A DNA stretch of 64,000 nucleotides from the IMG/VR virus record IMGVR_UViG_3300025646_000024, positions 1 through 64,000 of that record; one strand, 5' to 3'. Below are positions 1-9,588 of this stretch, in pieces (within the stretch, counting starts at the first letter, position 1; each line of letters starts with the position of its first letter). The stretch comes from a virus. A model generated the notes under the pieces. The model did no database searches, was not told where the DNA came from, and was given only the letters and a program-made list of their open reading frames with translations. The position numbers and the translations under genes were made by a program.

Positions 1-52
1 TTTGGTCGTACTCAATTAGATGTGAGTGGTTTTGATGTTGAAGAGATGACCG

Positions 53-1125
53 ATGAAGACAAAGAAGAATGGAAGGACTTCTGGGAGAATGACGATGACT
101 GAACGAGCACAAGAACTACGAGAGATTATCCGTCAGGCACTCTACCGAACTCCTATGACCGAAGAGTGTGAAGTTCCTATTACCGCTTCTGCTTTGAGGT
201 ATGTTGCTGACCGACTCTATACTGACTGGGGAGAACTTCAACACCCAGCATCAGTCATTCATGATATTGCTAATGAATTGGAGGATGATGAACTATGACT
301 GATTATTATGATTTTTTTGTTCCAGAGAACAAGTTTATTGTTCCTGTGACTGTTCTTCTTTCTAATGCTGACCAAGTAAAACTACGAAAGTTCATCAACC
401 TCCATTATCTTGGTGATGAGGATGCTAATGAGTTTGTAGATGGAACTTACAAAGCAAAGTATCCAGAGAAAGAAACCACAGAGTTTCAGAATGCAGTATG
501 GAAAACTAATGTTGGTTATACAGTAAATCTTGCTGTAGAGTTTGATGAGAAAGGTGTCCCTACATTTGAGGTTGTGAAAAATGAATAATCAAGAAGAAAT
601 AGGATGGGCATTACCAGTAGGATTTGTCATCATTAATATTATTGCTATTATTCTTGCTTTAACAGGAAATCTACCAGACGGAGTTTGATTGTGGTTGAGA
701 AAATTAAGTTTGTTAGTGTAACACGCACTATTTGTCCTAAAACAGGAATTCATTATTTGGATGCCATCGGGGAGGATGGTTTCCATTATATGGCACAAAT
801 GGTTCATAATATCAATAGTGATGAACCCTGGTTATTGTACAAGAAAGTGTGGTATAAAGACCCTCAACACCCCTACGATATTTGATGGAGAAACCAAATG
901 AAATTTAATAATGAAGCACTGATTGCTCTGTGTATTATGTCTGGATTTACTCTTATCCTTGCTACCATATTTTCTGGGCTTTCTACTGAAGCACAAAAAC
1001 AAAGTTTGTATCAGAAAACCTACGACAAATCTATGGAATGTCGTATTACTTTCAAAGGTAGAAGTCCAACAGAAGTAAATTCTTATTGTGGTGAAATTCC
1101 TAAACTTGAGGATTTTTTGAAGTAG
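53..1125 (+). CDS. Run of short hypothetical phage proteins (ORFs 53-298, 295-588, 685-885, 898-1125)
   Basis: Abutting or overlapping + strand ORFs with no recognisable motif; some ORF-track starts are probably too far upstream. Confidence 0.6.
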
Positions 1126-1133
1126 TATAAATA
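1126..1133 (+). promoter_or_regulatory. T4-type late promoter TATAAATA, putatively driving a small RNA
   Basis: Exact TATAAATA directly after the stop of 898-1125. Confidence 0.75.
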
Positions 1134-1137
1134 CTAA

Positions 1138-1198
1138 TGTCTGTTGGTACTGCAATTCTCTACAGACAAGATTAGGTGCTCTTTTGGGCACCTTTTCT
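1138..1198 (+). ncRNA. Putative ~60-nt small RNA (hairpin plus terminator), antisense to the leader of the downstream HNH gene
   Basis: Stem TGTCTGT(1138-44)/ACAGACA(1162-68); terminator-like hairpin AGGTGCTC-TTTT-GGGCACCT(1174-93) plus T-run; 1140-1154 is complementary to 1213-1227. Confidence 0.55.
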
Positions 1199-1200
1199 AT

Positions 1201-1208
1201 TATAAATA
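1201..1208 (+). promoter_or_regulatory. T4-type late promoter TATAAATA of the HNH endonuclease
   Basis: Exact consensus ending 25 nt before ATG 1234. Confidence 0.8.
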
Positions 1209-1233
1209 ATAATGCAGTACCAATAGAATATAA

Positions 1234-1944
1234 ATGAACTATCTAAAGATATATTGTAACCTTATAAGGAAAGCAGAGAACAGAACTCCTCCTGAAGGTT
1301 ATACAGAAAAACACCATACATTTCCAGTAAGTATCTTTGGAAAAAATAATAGAATTGTAGTGCTTACGGCAAGAGAACATTATGTTGCACACGCACTATT
1401 GGAAAAAATTTGTATTCAAAGATATGGATTGCATCATTATAGAACTAAAAAAATGAATAACGCACATATAATGATAAAATCTAGTGGTTATTGTAACTCT
1501 TATCTATACGAAACTGCTAAAATTAGAAGAAGTGAAAATATGAGGAGAAATCTTCATAGATTAGGTACGAGGCATACAGAAGAAACCAAAAAAATATTAA
1601 GTGAAAAACATAAAGGCAAAACTCATTCAAAAGAAAGTAATGAAAGTAGAAGCAAAAAACTGACAGGAAAAAATAATCATAACTATGGAAAAAGGTGGTG
1701 GAACGATGGAAATGGAAATGAAGTTTTCTCTATTGATTGCCCCCAAAACTGGATTCCTGGTCGCAATGAAGAGGCAAAGAAAATAAGCACAGAAACAAAT
1801 ATAGGTAGAAAATGGTGGAATGATGGCAATGGTAATACTAAATTTTGTAGAGAGTGTCCTGGGAACGGATGGGTCCCTGGAGTGAGTGAAGAAAGAAGAA
1901 AAAATATAAGTAAATCAATGAAAAATTTATCTAAAAAAACTTGA
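1234..1944 (+). CDS. Free-standing HNH homing endonuclease with NUMOD3-like DNA-binding repeats
   Basis: EKHHTFP...N.VVLTAREHYVAH HNH core; HTEETKKILS and HSKES motifs; duplicated G(K/R)(R/K)WWNDGNGN repeat. Confidence 0.85.
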   Translation: MNYLKIYCNLIRKAENRTPPEGYTEKHHTFPVSIFGKNNRIVVLTAREHYVAHALLEKICIQRYGLHHYRTKKMNNAHIMIKSSGYCNSYLYETAKIRRSENMRRNLHRLGTRHTEETKKILSEKHKGKTHSKESNESRSKKLTGKNNHNYGKRWWNDGNGNEVFSIDCPQNWIPGRNEEAKKISTETNIGRKWWNDGNGNTKFCRECPGNGWVPGVSEERRKNISKSMKNLSKKT

Positions 1945-1963
1945 ATGGAAATAATATGTTGCT

Positions 1964-2019
1964 CCACTTTGTAAACTGTCACACTAGCACTTGCGGGTTT
2001 CTTCCTAATCCGTTATGAT
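1964..2019 (+). promoter_or_regulatory. Sigma70-type promoter with upstream box A
   Basis: CCACTTTGTAAACTGTCACA (1964-83), TTGCGG (1991-96), 17 bp, TATGAT (2014-19); the next gene probably starts at ATG 2042. Confidence 0.7.
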
Positions 2020-2041
2020 ACTCCTATCTACAAGAAACATT

Positions 2042-5000
2042 ATGCGTTTGACCGCACACGAACTCGCAGTTATTATTGATACACTCAACCATTCTCTAAT
2101 GGTATCAAACTGGAATGGATATTATACTGCCCAATCAAGGGAAAATGTAAGGAATACGATTGCTGTGATTATGAATGAAATGAGTGTAGAGATTATCACA
2201 GACAAACCAAACTTCACTATTGATGCTGACGCAGGTATTTAAAATGACTGACATAAAACTCTGTAAGGATTGTAAGCACTACAAGAAAGATTGGTATGCT
2301 CGTATCACTGGATATGGAGACACATTTGATATTTGCGTCAATCCTCATTTGATTGCTGTAAATCCTGTGAGTGGAAAGACCAAAGGTGATTTTTGTGATA
2401 CAATGAGAAAGTATCACGGATGTGGTATGGAAGGTAAGTATTGGGAGGCACGAAAATGAGCAAATCTGAAACATTCCTCATTATCTCACAGATTTATTGT
2501 GTAGGTGATCTTATTGTTGAAGGTAAAAAAACATTTTTATATGGTGTGGGATGAAAGAACTTGAAATAGGTTCTAAATGGAAACATAAGACCTCAAATGA
2601 TGTTTATGTTGTGAAAGAACAGTATTCTCATAGAGTAGTGTTAGAGCACGAACTTACTGGTGAAACTGTAAAACTAACTGTGGGACATTTTAACCCTCAA
2701 GGTTTTGATGAGTATGAGTATTATGAAACTAACTAAACTAATCTTTGATTATAAGTGGTATTATTTGAGGACACTTGAAGAACTGGCACAGGGAGACCCC
2801 ACAAGGTCTCCTATTGCCTTATAATACTCTCGTACACACAAAGGAACATTTTATGGACGATTGGATGCTTGAGTTACGAACTGTTGAGTTAGAGAAGGAT
2901 GTTATATGTGAGACAACTTATCGTAAAATTATTTCCCACGACAACTTTGATTACGATGAACACCTCGTTGATGACAAAATTAGGATGAATTATTTCTGAT
3001 GACTAAAACACAGGTGTTTCAAATTTCTTGGTTTATCATGAAATATGGATTTTTAATTTATGTTTCTTGTCTTTTACTGAACTTGGGTGTCATTATTCCA
3101 TCAATTCTTATTTGGGGTTTTGTTTTTGTTGATTTGGGGTATGAATTTTTAAGAATGGTTGAGTATTATCAACCAACAAACCGTGAGAAAGTAAAATGAC
3201 TGAATACCTGAAACTACGCTAATGCCATTCTTTCCTGATTGCTATGACGAATGGGGTCTTTATAAGATTACCTACGATGGAGACCACAAGATGTATGAAA
3301 TGCTATTTGAGGGCACGGAAGAAGAGTGCCGTGAGTATGCTTATGAGAACTACACAGATAAGGAGCAAGGTGAAATGTGCCTGATGGATTATGAAGCAAG
3401 GGAATGGGATGTATGACTAAAGACGAACTCAAGAATTTTGATCCATCAACCGTACAATACTACCAAGTAGCATACAAATGTAACTTTGCCACAGATCCAC
3501 AAGAGTATCGCACACAAAATCATGGTACAATGAGTATGGCACTTGCTTCTGCTCACTTGCTTCATGCACGAGGACAGTTCACTATTATCTCTGTAACACC
3601 AATCTACAAATGACTGAACGCAACTTTAAAAAAGAACTTTCTCACTCCGTCTATTATGATATGGAGAATGGGAATGATAGTGAAACAATTGATTATGATT
3701 GTCTGATTGCTATTATTACTGAATTGTGTGATAGAATAGAACAGTTGGAGAAGGACAACGAACTTCTGAAATCTTATGCTTGGGAACAATGACTGAGCAC
3801 AATTTACCAGATAAAGATGATGCTCCGTGGTTGGATACAACCTATGATGGTTTTATGACCCATGGGGAAATGTTAGAAGTTGCTGCTCAACGAGAAGCAG
3901 AAAACAAAGCACTTGAAGCATTAGACAAACTCCATGAGGAAAATGGTGAAGGTATGAAACAACTTGCCGAACACGAAAGGATCAAAGTCATTCAAACTGC
4001 TTGTGGTGCCATTGACAAATATTCTGATGCACTTAAAGCACTTGCTGAAACTGAAAAGGTAGAGTTGCGAGCAGAATTGGAAGCAAAGAAGAAAGAAAAC
4101 TTTCAGCTGGTTGCTGATGCTTGTATGGTAGAATATGAACAGAAGTATCAGCGTGATGTATTCCCAGTGGATGAATACTGGGTGTATATGATTTCTGAAT
4201 ACTTTGGCACAGGTGAAGGTCAAACTACCTGTATTATGATGACACAGGCAACACCATATGGTGATGACTTCACAGAAGAAAATCGCTATGTGCCTATCAA
4301 CTCTAAGCAGTATCGTGCTGTAAGGGAGTTTCACAAACAGTTTGGCACTTGGTATCTCCATGGTCTGAAGTTCCTCAGTAAAGAAGATTTCTTTGCTGAA
4401 TGTTCATATTACATCCCACCTGTGATGATGAAACTCTCTAATAAGAGTTGCTTCAAAGATTTCTACACCCGTGTTCATTACAATTTCTCATGACAAAAAT
4501 CAAATTCAGCGGTCACTCCAAAACAGAACGTGAAGTCGAATTCACTCAAGCAGATAAACATCGTCTGTTTGAACTGATGAAAGAAGAATTCATCGATCAC
4601 ATCACATACTCCAGGTTCAGTAACATCTATCATCCCACAAAAACTGAAAAACAAATCATGGAATTATGTAAAGATTTCGACGTTGATGTAGCATATGATA
4701 AAGATCGTGTAGCATTTTTTACTGAAGTAATTAACAACATGGAGAATACTTATGGATAAAGAACTTTACAACCCTGATGAGTTTCTGCTTGACAACATCA
4801 AATCATTTCACTACGAGGTGATGGATGAAGGTGAGCATGTATGGATGGCATTCTATTTTGAGAATGGTAACACTGGGCACTTGAATATCTTCCGAAACTG
4901 TGGTAAGATTAACACACGCTATGAGGAATGGGTAAATGACGTACAAACTAAATGAGGAAGCAACAGCATTTTCATATACTCGTGAAGAACTCTTTGAGTG

Positions 5001-5459
5001 TATCACTAGAATCGTAGCACATCCACATAAGACCATCACAGAACACGACCAATCCCGTGCTCTTGCCATCATGGTAGTGTTTGACGACTATTTCACCAAT
5101 TATACTCAAAGTGATAATAATGGTGGGCATTGTGTTTATGAATGTGATGCTATGGACTTTATTGATTTTGTGAGGTTTAAACTTGGTATCAGTGATTATG
5201 ATGCTGTTGATGTTGATGAGGTTTTGAAATGAAACCAACTGAAGCTGGATTTGATGGAGAAAAGGGTGTGAACCTTAATATGTCACATCTACCCGATGGA
5301 GGAATATATAAACTGCGACGTGGCTCTACTCCTCCATGGACATTCAAGGCTAATTTTAAAAATCAGTTAATGTGGCAAGAAATAATACCACCTAGACTTT
5401 TATATTGTAACTCAGATAACCAGTGGTTTGAACTAGATTTTATTCCTATAGAAACATGA
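2042..5459 (+). CDS. Cluster of about 13 short hypothetical proteins (incl. Cys-rich ORF ending 2459 and 237-aa 3780-4493)
   Basis: Tightly packed + strand ORFs, many with ATGA stop/start overlaps; no function recognisable. Confidence 0.6.
2771..2825 (+). promoter_or_regulatory. Promoter with box A and TATAAT -10
   Basis: ACACTTGAAGAACTGGCACA (2771-90), hairpin GGAGACC/GGTCTCC over the -35 zone, TATAAT (2820-25); gene likely starts at ATG 2853. Confidence 0.7.
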
Positions 5460-5809
5460 TTCCTCTCATAAACAAGTGGATAATCGGATTTAAACCGATT
5501 AAGTATACTCCTTTCTGGTATTGGTATCGTCTATTATGTCATCAGGGGTATCGTCTTGATGACAGACATTTGTATGCAGACTTCTGGTATGAATTGAACT
5601 ATGGTTGGTGGACTATGGAGTATGATGCTTTCATCAATGGCCCAGGTACAGAAGAAGCTATGATGGGTATAAGTTCTCCTGATGACCTTCCAGAGACCAT
5701 CTACTTGACAGAAGAAGCTTTTGACTCTATGATGGAGAAGATCAATAATCCAGATCCACCCACACCATTTCTACGACAACTATTATCTCGACCTGCACCC
5801 TGGAATTAA
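5456..5809 (+). CDS. Hypothetical protein with DUF1778/TacA-antitoxin-like C-terminus
   Basis: C-terminal IYLTEEAFDSMMEKINNPDPPTPFLRQLL resembles the I.L..E.F..F...L.NPP.P...L..L tail of DUF1778 antitoxins. Confidence 0.45.
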   Translation: MIPLINKWIIGFKPIKYTPFWYWYRLLCHQGYRLDDRHLYADFWYELNYGWWTMEYDAFINGPGTEEAMMGISSPDDLPETIYLTEEAFDSMMEKINNPDPPTPFLRQLLSRPAPWN

Positions 5810-5813
5810 AATT

Positions 5814-6237
5814 ATGAAACTTACAAAAACACACTTTTGCCTTCCTGAATTTTATACAGCAGATGATGAATCTCCCAACTATAAAGAAGAGTATTTGAAA
5901 AATTGTGAAGAACATGTAATTGCAGTAGCAAAATCTTGTTATTTGATTTCAGATACTACGATTGGCAGTGATTTACTTGATGAATTTGAACACATTTCTG
6001 AACTGAAAAGTATCATTCACGACCTAGGTAAGTACATTGGTAAGAGGTTCTATGAAAGTTAAAACCCGTGTTATTTTAGAACAAGCAATTGAGGAAGGCG
6101 TGAATCGTGGTTGGCGTCTTGCTCACAAATATACAGAAAATCCTGAAGAACATGTAATCATTGACCGTATCAATGATGCAGTAATGGCTCAAATCTACGA
6201 ATACTTTTCTTTTGAAGATGAACTACACATTTCCTGA
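5814..6237 (+). CDS. Two short hypothetical proteins (5814-6062 and about 6052-6237)
   Basis: Overlapping ORFs leading into the RNA ligase. Confidence 0.6.
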
Positions 6238-7381
6238 AATTACTCACCTTGATAATGTGATCCCTCACATTGAGGATCGTCCTGAGTTCAAAGTGATGGA
6301 CAAAGGTTGGTACACTGTTATCAACTACATGGTTGCATTTGGGGATACATTCTCACTCATTCGTGAACGTTCTCATTACAATATGTGGGTGCGTCGTGAA
6401 TGTCGTGGTCTTATCTTTGATAATGCAACTGGCCAACTTATTTCTCGGCCATATCACAAGTTCTTCAATGTAGGTGAACGAGAAGAAACTCAGATTGACA
6501 AACTAAATCTGAGTGCTTCACATATAGTTCTGGAGAAGTTGGATGGTTCGATGATTCGCCCCATTCCAACTCCAGAAGGATTCCGTCTTGGCACAAAGGC
6601 AGGTATCACTGATGTCGCAATGAATGCAGAAGTATTCATTGGAGATAAACCACAATACAATACTTTCATTCTTGCAATGATTGAAGGTGGTATGACTCCT
6701 ATTTTTGAGTGGGTTTCAAGAAAAAATCGTATTGTAGTTGATTATCCAAAGGACCAGCTGATTCTCACTGGCATTCGCAATCTTGTAAAGGGTAACTATC
6801 TACCATACTTTAACATGGTAGAACTTGCAGTACATTATGATATTCCTTATGTGAAAGCATTTTCTGGAAGTGTACCTATTGATGAAGATTTAATCAATGC
6901 AATACGTGCATGGGATGATGGTGAGGGTGTAGTGATTCGCTTTGATAATGGTCATATGGTCAAAGTCAAAGCTGATGAATATATTCTTCGACATCGCTCT
7001 AAAGAACAAATCAACTCAGAAAAGAATATCATTCAGGTTATTCTGAATGATACAGTGGATGATATGATTCCACTGCTCACAGAAGATGATGCAACTCGTC
7101 TACGAAAGTTCCAGTCTGAGTTCTGGAGTGCAGTTGATGAAGTGGCACAAGACCTTACCAGCATCTTTGAAGGTGGTGATAAGATGTATCCAGACAAGAA
7201 GGAGTTTGCCGTTGAGTTTGTAAACCGAATGCTTCTGCCCATTCATCGCCCATTCATGTTTGGCATGAAGCAGGGTAAAGAATGTAAACAACTCTTGATT
7301 GATTCAATCGAAAAGTCTCTCACTTCTCAAACCAAACTAAACGATTCACGCTGGATGTTCGGAGGTATTTCATGGAACTGA
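6218..7381 (+). CDS. rnlA: RNA ligase 1 (T4 Rnl1 family)
   Basis: RECRGLIFD and SRPYHKFFN Rnl1 signatures; adenylation motif EKLDGS; EGVV (motif IV); KVK (motif V); ATG 6218 preferred to TTG 6212. Confidence 0.92.
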   Translation: MNYTFPEITHLDNVIPHIEDRPEFKVMDKGWYTVINYMVAFGDTFSLIRERSHYNMWVRRECRGLIFDNATGQLISRPYHKFFNVGEREETQIDKLNLSASHIVLEKLDGSMIRPIPTPEGFRLGTKAGITDVAMNAEVFIGDKPQYNTFILAMIEGGMTPIFEWVSRKNRIVVDYPKDQLILTGIRNLVKGNYLPYFNMVELAVHYDIPYVKAFSGSVPIDEDLINAIRAWDDGEGVVIRFDNGHMVKVKADEYILRHRSKEQINSEKNIIQVILNDTVDDMIPLLTEDDATRLRKFQSEFWSAVDEVAQDLTSIFEGGDKMYPDKKEFAVEFVNRMLLPIHRPFMFGMKQGKECKQLLIDSIEKSLTSQTKLNDSRWMFGGISWN

Positions 7382-7872
7382 TTATGATGTGTGGCATTCC
7401 TTGTGCTGGCAAATCGAGCTACATTCGCAGGGGAACTGAAAACACTGATGTGTTTGATGAATATGTAATCCTATCTACAGATGATTACATTGAAGAGTAT
7501 GCCAAAGCAAATGGCAAGACTTACAATGAAGTCTTTGATGATGTCATTGGTGAAGCTACCACACGCATGTATCAAGACCTTGAGCTTGCAATCCAGCGAG
7601 GCAAATCTATTATCTGGGATCAGACTAATGTATCAAAGAAGTCTCGTATGAAGAAACTAAAGAAGATTCCTGATACTTATACTAAGACTGCAGTAGTTCT
7701 TCCTATTACTCTAGAGGAAGCTATTATTCGCAATTCTCAACGAGCAAACAAGTTTATTGCACGTTCTGTATTATCTCGTATGTATCATCAATTTGAAATT
7801 CCAACTGAAGATGAAGGTTTTGATGTTATCATGACTCATGATGGATCGCATCTTAAACTGCAGGTAGCCTGA
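7372..7872 (+). CDS. P-loop kinase (AAA_33; equivalent to the 5'-kinase half of T4 PNK/PseT)
   Basis: GIPCAGKS Walker A, ILSTDD, IIWDQTN, RNSQR lid motif. Confidence 0.85.
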   Translation: MELIMMCGIPCAGKSSYIRRGTENTDVFDEYVILSTDDYIEEYAKANGKTYNEVFDDVIGEATTRMYQDLELAIQRGKSIIWDQTNVSKKSRMKKLKKIPDTYTKTAVVLPITLEEAIIRNSQRANKFIARSVLSRMYHQFEIPTEDEGFDVIMTHDGSHLKLQVA

Positions 7873-8252
7873 TGATTTCTGACTCGGTGTTTGACCAGGC
7901 TATTGCAACTGCAAAGTCTTCTCCATCTAAAAAGCAAGTTGGTGCTCTTCTATTGAGGAGAAATAAAATTATTACAACTGCAGTTAATCTTGAAACTAAG
8001 TCTCATCCACTCCAAGCTAAGTTTGCTGAACGAGTAGGACTTTGGCAAAAAATATATTTACATAGTGAGATTCATGCATTAATTAAATGTAAAGAACCCG
8101 TAGATACTATTGTCGTTGCAAGAGTAAATCCTCAAAATAAATTACGAAATGCAAAACCATGTCCTATATGTTCACTTGCTATCGAAGAATCGGGCATTAA
8201 CCACATATATTATTCAACTGATGATGGATTTATGTACAAATACAAAGCATAA
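7872..8252 (+). CDS. Zn-dependent cytidine/deoxycytidylate deaminase-fold protein
   Basis: VGA, HSE and PCPIC zinc-binding motifs. Confidence 0.85.
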   Translation: MISDSVFDQAIATAKSSPSKKQVGALLLRRNKIITTAVNLETKSHPLQAKFAERVGLWQKIYLHSEIHALIKCKEPVDTIVVARVNPQNKLRNAKPCPICSLAIEESGINHIYYSTDDGFMYKYKA

Positions 8253-8259
8253 ATATAAA

Positions 8260-8314
8260 TGCCTGAGTTGGGTGCAATCTTCGCAGGTAAAGAAGGAGCT
8301 TTATGCTCCTTCTT
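8260..8314 (+). ncRNA. Putative ~55-nt small RNA antisense to the leader of the downstream GIY-YIG gene
   Basis: CATAAATA (8248-55) upstream; stem TGCCTG(8260-65)/CAGGTA(8284-89); hairpin AAGAAGGAGC/GCTCCTTCTT (8290-8314); 8264-8276 is complementary to 8331-8343. Confidence 0.55.
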
Positions 8315-8318
8315 CTAG

Positions 8319-8326
8319 TATAAATA
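8319..8326 (+). promoter_or_regulatory. T4-type late promoter TATAAATA of the GIY-YIG endonuclease
   Basis: Exact consensus ending 26 nt before ATG 8353. Confidence 0.8.
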
Positions 8327-8352
8327 TTACTGCACCCAACTTAAGAGCAGTT

Positions 8353-9042
8353 ATGTATTCTCCAAGAATATACACATATAAAATTACCTTTGAAGAGGTT
8401 CCGTACTACTATTATGGAATGCATGAAGAAAAGGTATATGATGAACCATATTGGGGTTCCCCAGTAACAAATAAATGGTGCTGGAATTTTTATACGCCAA
8501 AGAAACAAATATTGGAAGTATTTTCTACTAGAGAAGATGCATATAAAGTAGAAATGCGATTAATCAAATCAGTTTTAAATGTTGATAAATGGTGCCTCAA
8601 TATGAATTGTGGAGGGATTATTTCTCGTGAAATTTATGTTAAAACTGGTACAATGACTTATGAACTTGGGATAGGAATACATGCACAATCACCAAAGGAG
8701 CGCAAAGAGGTAGCAAAACTTGGAGGTAAAATGTCTAAATCTTTGGGAGTAGGTGTGCATGGCAGAACAGATAGTCAGATGACTTTAGATGCAAAAAAAT
8801 CTGTAGAAACTCATCGAAAAAACAATACAGGATGTTTTGATTCAAACCATTCGTTGCAAAGAAAAGGAGGAATCATTCAAGGAAAAAAGAATGTTTCAAA
8901 TGGACATTTGCAACAATTATCAAAATTAAAATATATTTGTTTAGAAACTGGATTTATATCAAGTGCCAGAGGATTATCTGTATATCAAAAAAATAGAGGA
9001 ATTTGTACTACCAAAAGAAAGCTATTAGATATGCCAATATAA
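8353..9042 (+). CDS. Free-standing GIY-YIG (Seg-like) homing endonuclease
   Basis: YTYKIT...YYYGMH...YWGS, AYKVE, CLN catalytic-domain pattern; true start ATG 8353 rather than 8149, because the extension crosses two promoters and a terminator. Confidence 0.75.
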   Translation: MYSPRIYTYKITFEEVPYYYYGMHEEKVYDEPYWGSPVTNKWCWNFYTPKKQILEVFSTREDAYKVEMRLIKSVLNVDKWCLNMNCGGIISREIYVKTGTMTYELGIGIHAQSPKERKEVAKLGGKMSKSLGVGVHGRTDSQMTLDAKKSVETHRKNNTGCFDSNHSLQRKGGIIQGKKNVSNGHLQQLSKLKYICLETGFISSARGLSVYQKNRGICTTKRKLLDMPI

Positions 9043-9089
9043 TATCTGTCTATTGAATACTTGACACGCCCATGAATATATGCTATGAT
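9034..9089 (+). promoter_or_regulatory. Sigma70-type promoter with degenerate box A
   Basis: TTGACA (9061-66), 17 bp, TATGAT (9084-89); CCAATATAATATCTGTC upstream. Confidence 0.75.
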
Positions 9090-9114
9090 GCTATTTGATA
9101 TCAACTCACAAATC

Positions 9115-9588
9115 ATGGATTCCTCTACGAATACTCATAAACTTAAGTGCATCATTTTCGACCTTGATGGCACTCTATGCGATGTGACACATCGTAGACA
9201 ATTTGTTGCAACTAAGCCTCGTAACTGGGATGCATGGAACAAAGGAATCATCAATGATAACCCTGTAGAACAAGTTCTTGCAATGTTCAATGCATTGAAG
9301 TATTTGTATCCTATATTTTTCGTGAGTGGCCGCTCTGATGATTACCGTGATGTAACTGTAGAATGGCTTGAGAAACATGGTATCACACCATATGATCATA
9401 ATGGCTTGTATATGAGAAAGTATCAAGATCATCGTGATGATGCTATCGTCAAAGCAGAGATTGCTGATGAGATCGAGAAACAGTATCAAATCTTTGCAGT
9501 CTTTGATGATCGGAAGCGGGTATTGACAATGTGGCAGCAGCGTGGTATATTTACTTTTGATGTCTCCCAAGGTAAAGGTGATTTCTGA
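9115..9588 (+). CDS. HAD-family phosphatase (equivalent to the 3'-phosphatase half of T4 PNK/PseT)
   Basis: DLDGT, VSGR, MRK..DHRDD, FDDR motifs; start moved to ATG 9115 because 9085 lies in the -10 box. Confidence 0.88.
   Translation: MDSSTNTHKLKCIIFDLDGTLCDVTHRRQFVATKPRNWDAWNKGIINDNPVEQVLAMFNALKYLYPIFFVSGRSDDYRDVTVEWLEKHGITPYDHNGLYMRKYQDHRDDAIVKAEIADEIEKQYQIFAVFDDRKRVLTMWQQRGIFTFDVSQGKGDF

Noticed and set aside
8149-8352. N-terminal 68-aa extension of the GIY-YIG ORF
   Set aside because: It overlaps the deaminase and spans two promoters and a terminator; ATG 8353 fits better
1234-9042. Group I introns around the endonucleases
   Set aside because: Flanking genes appear intact with their own starts and stops, and no intron core is recognisable
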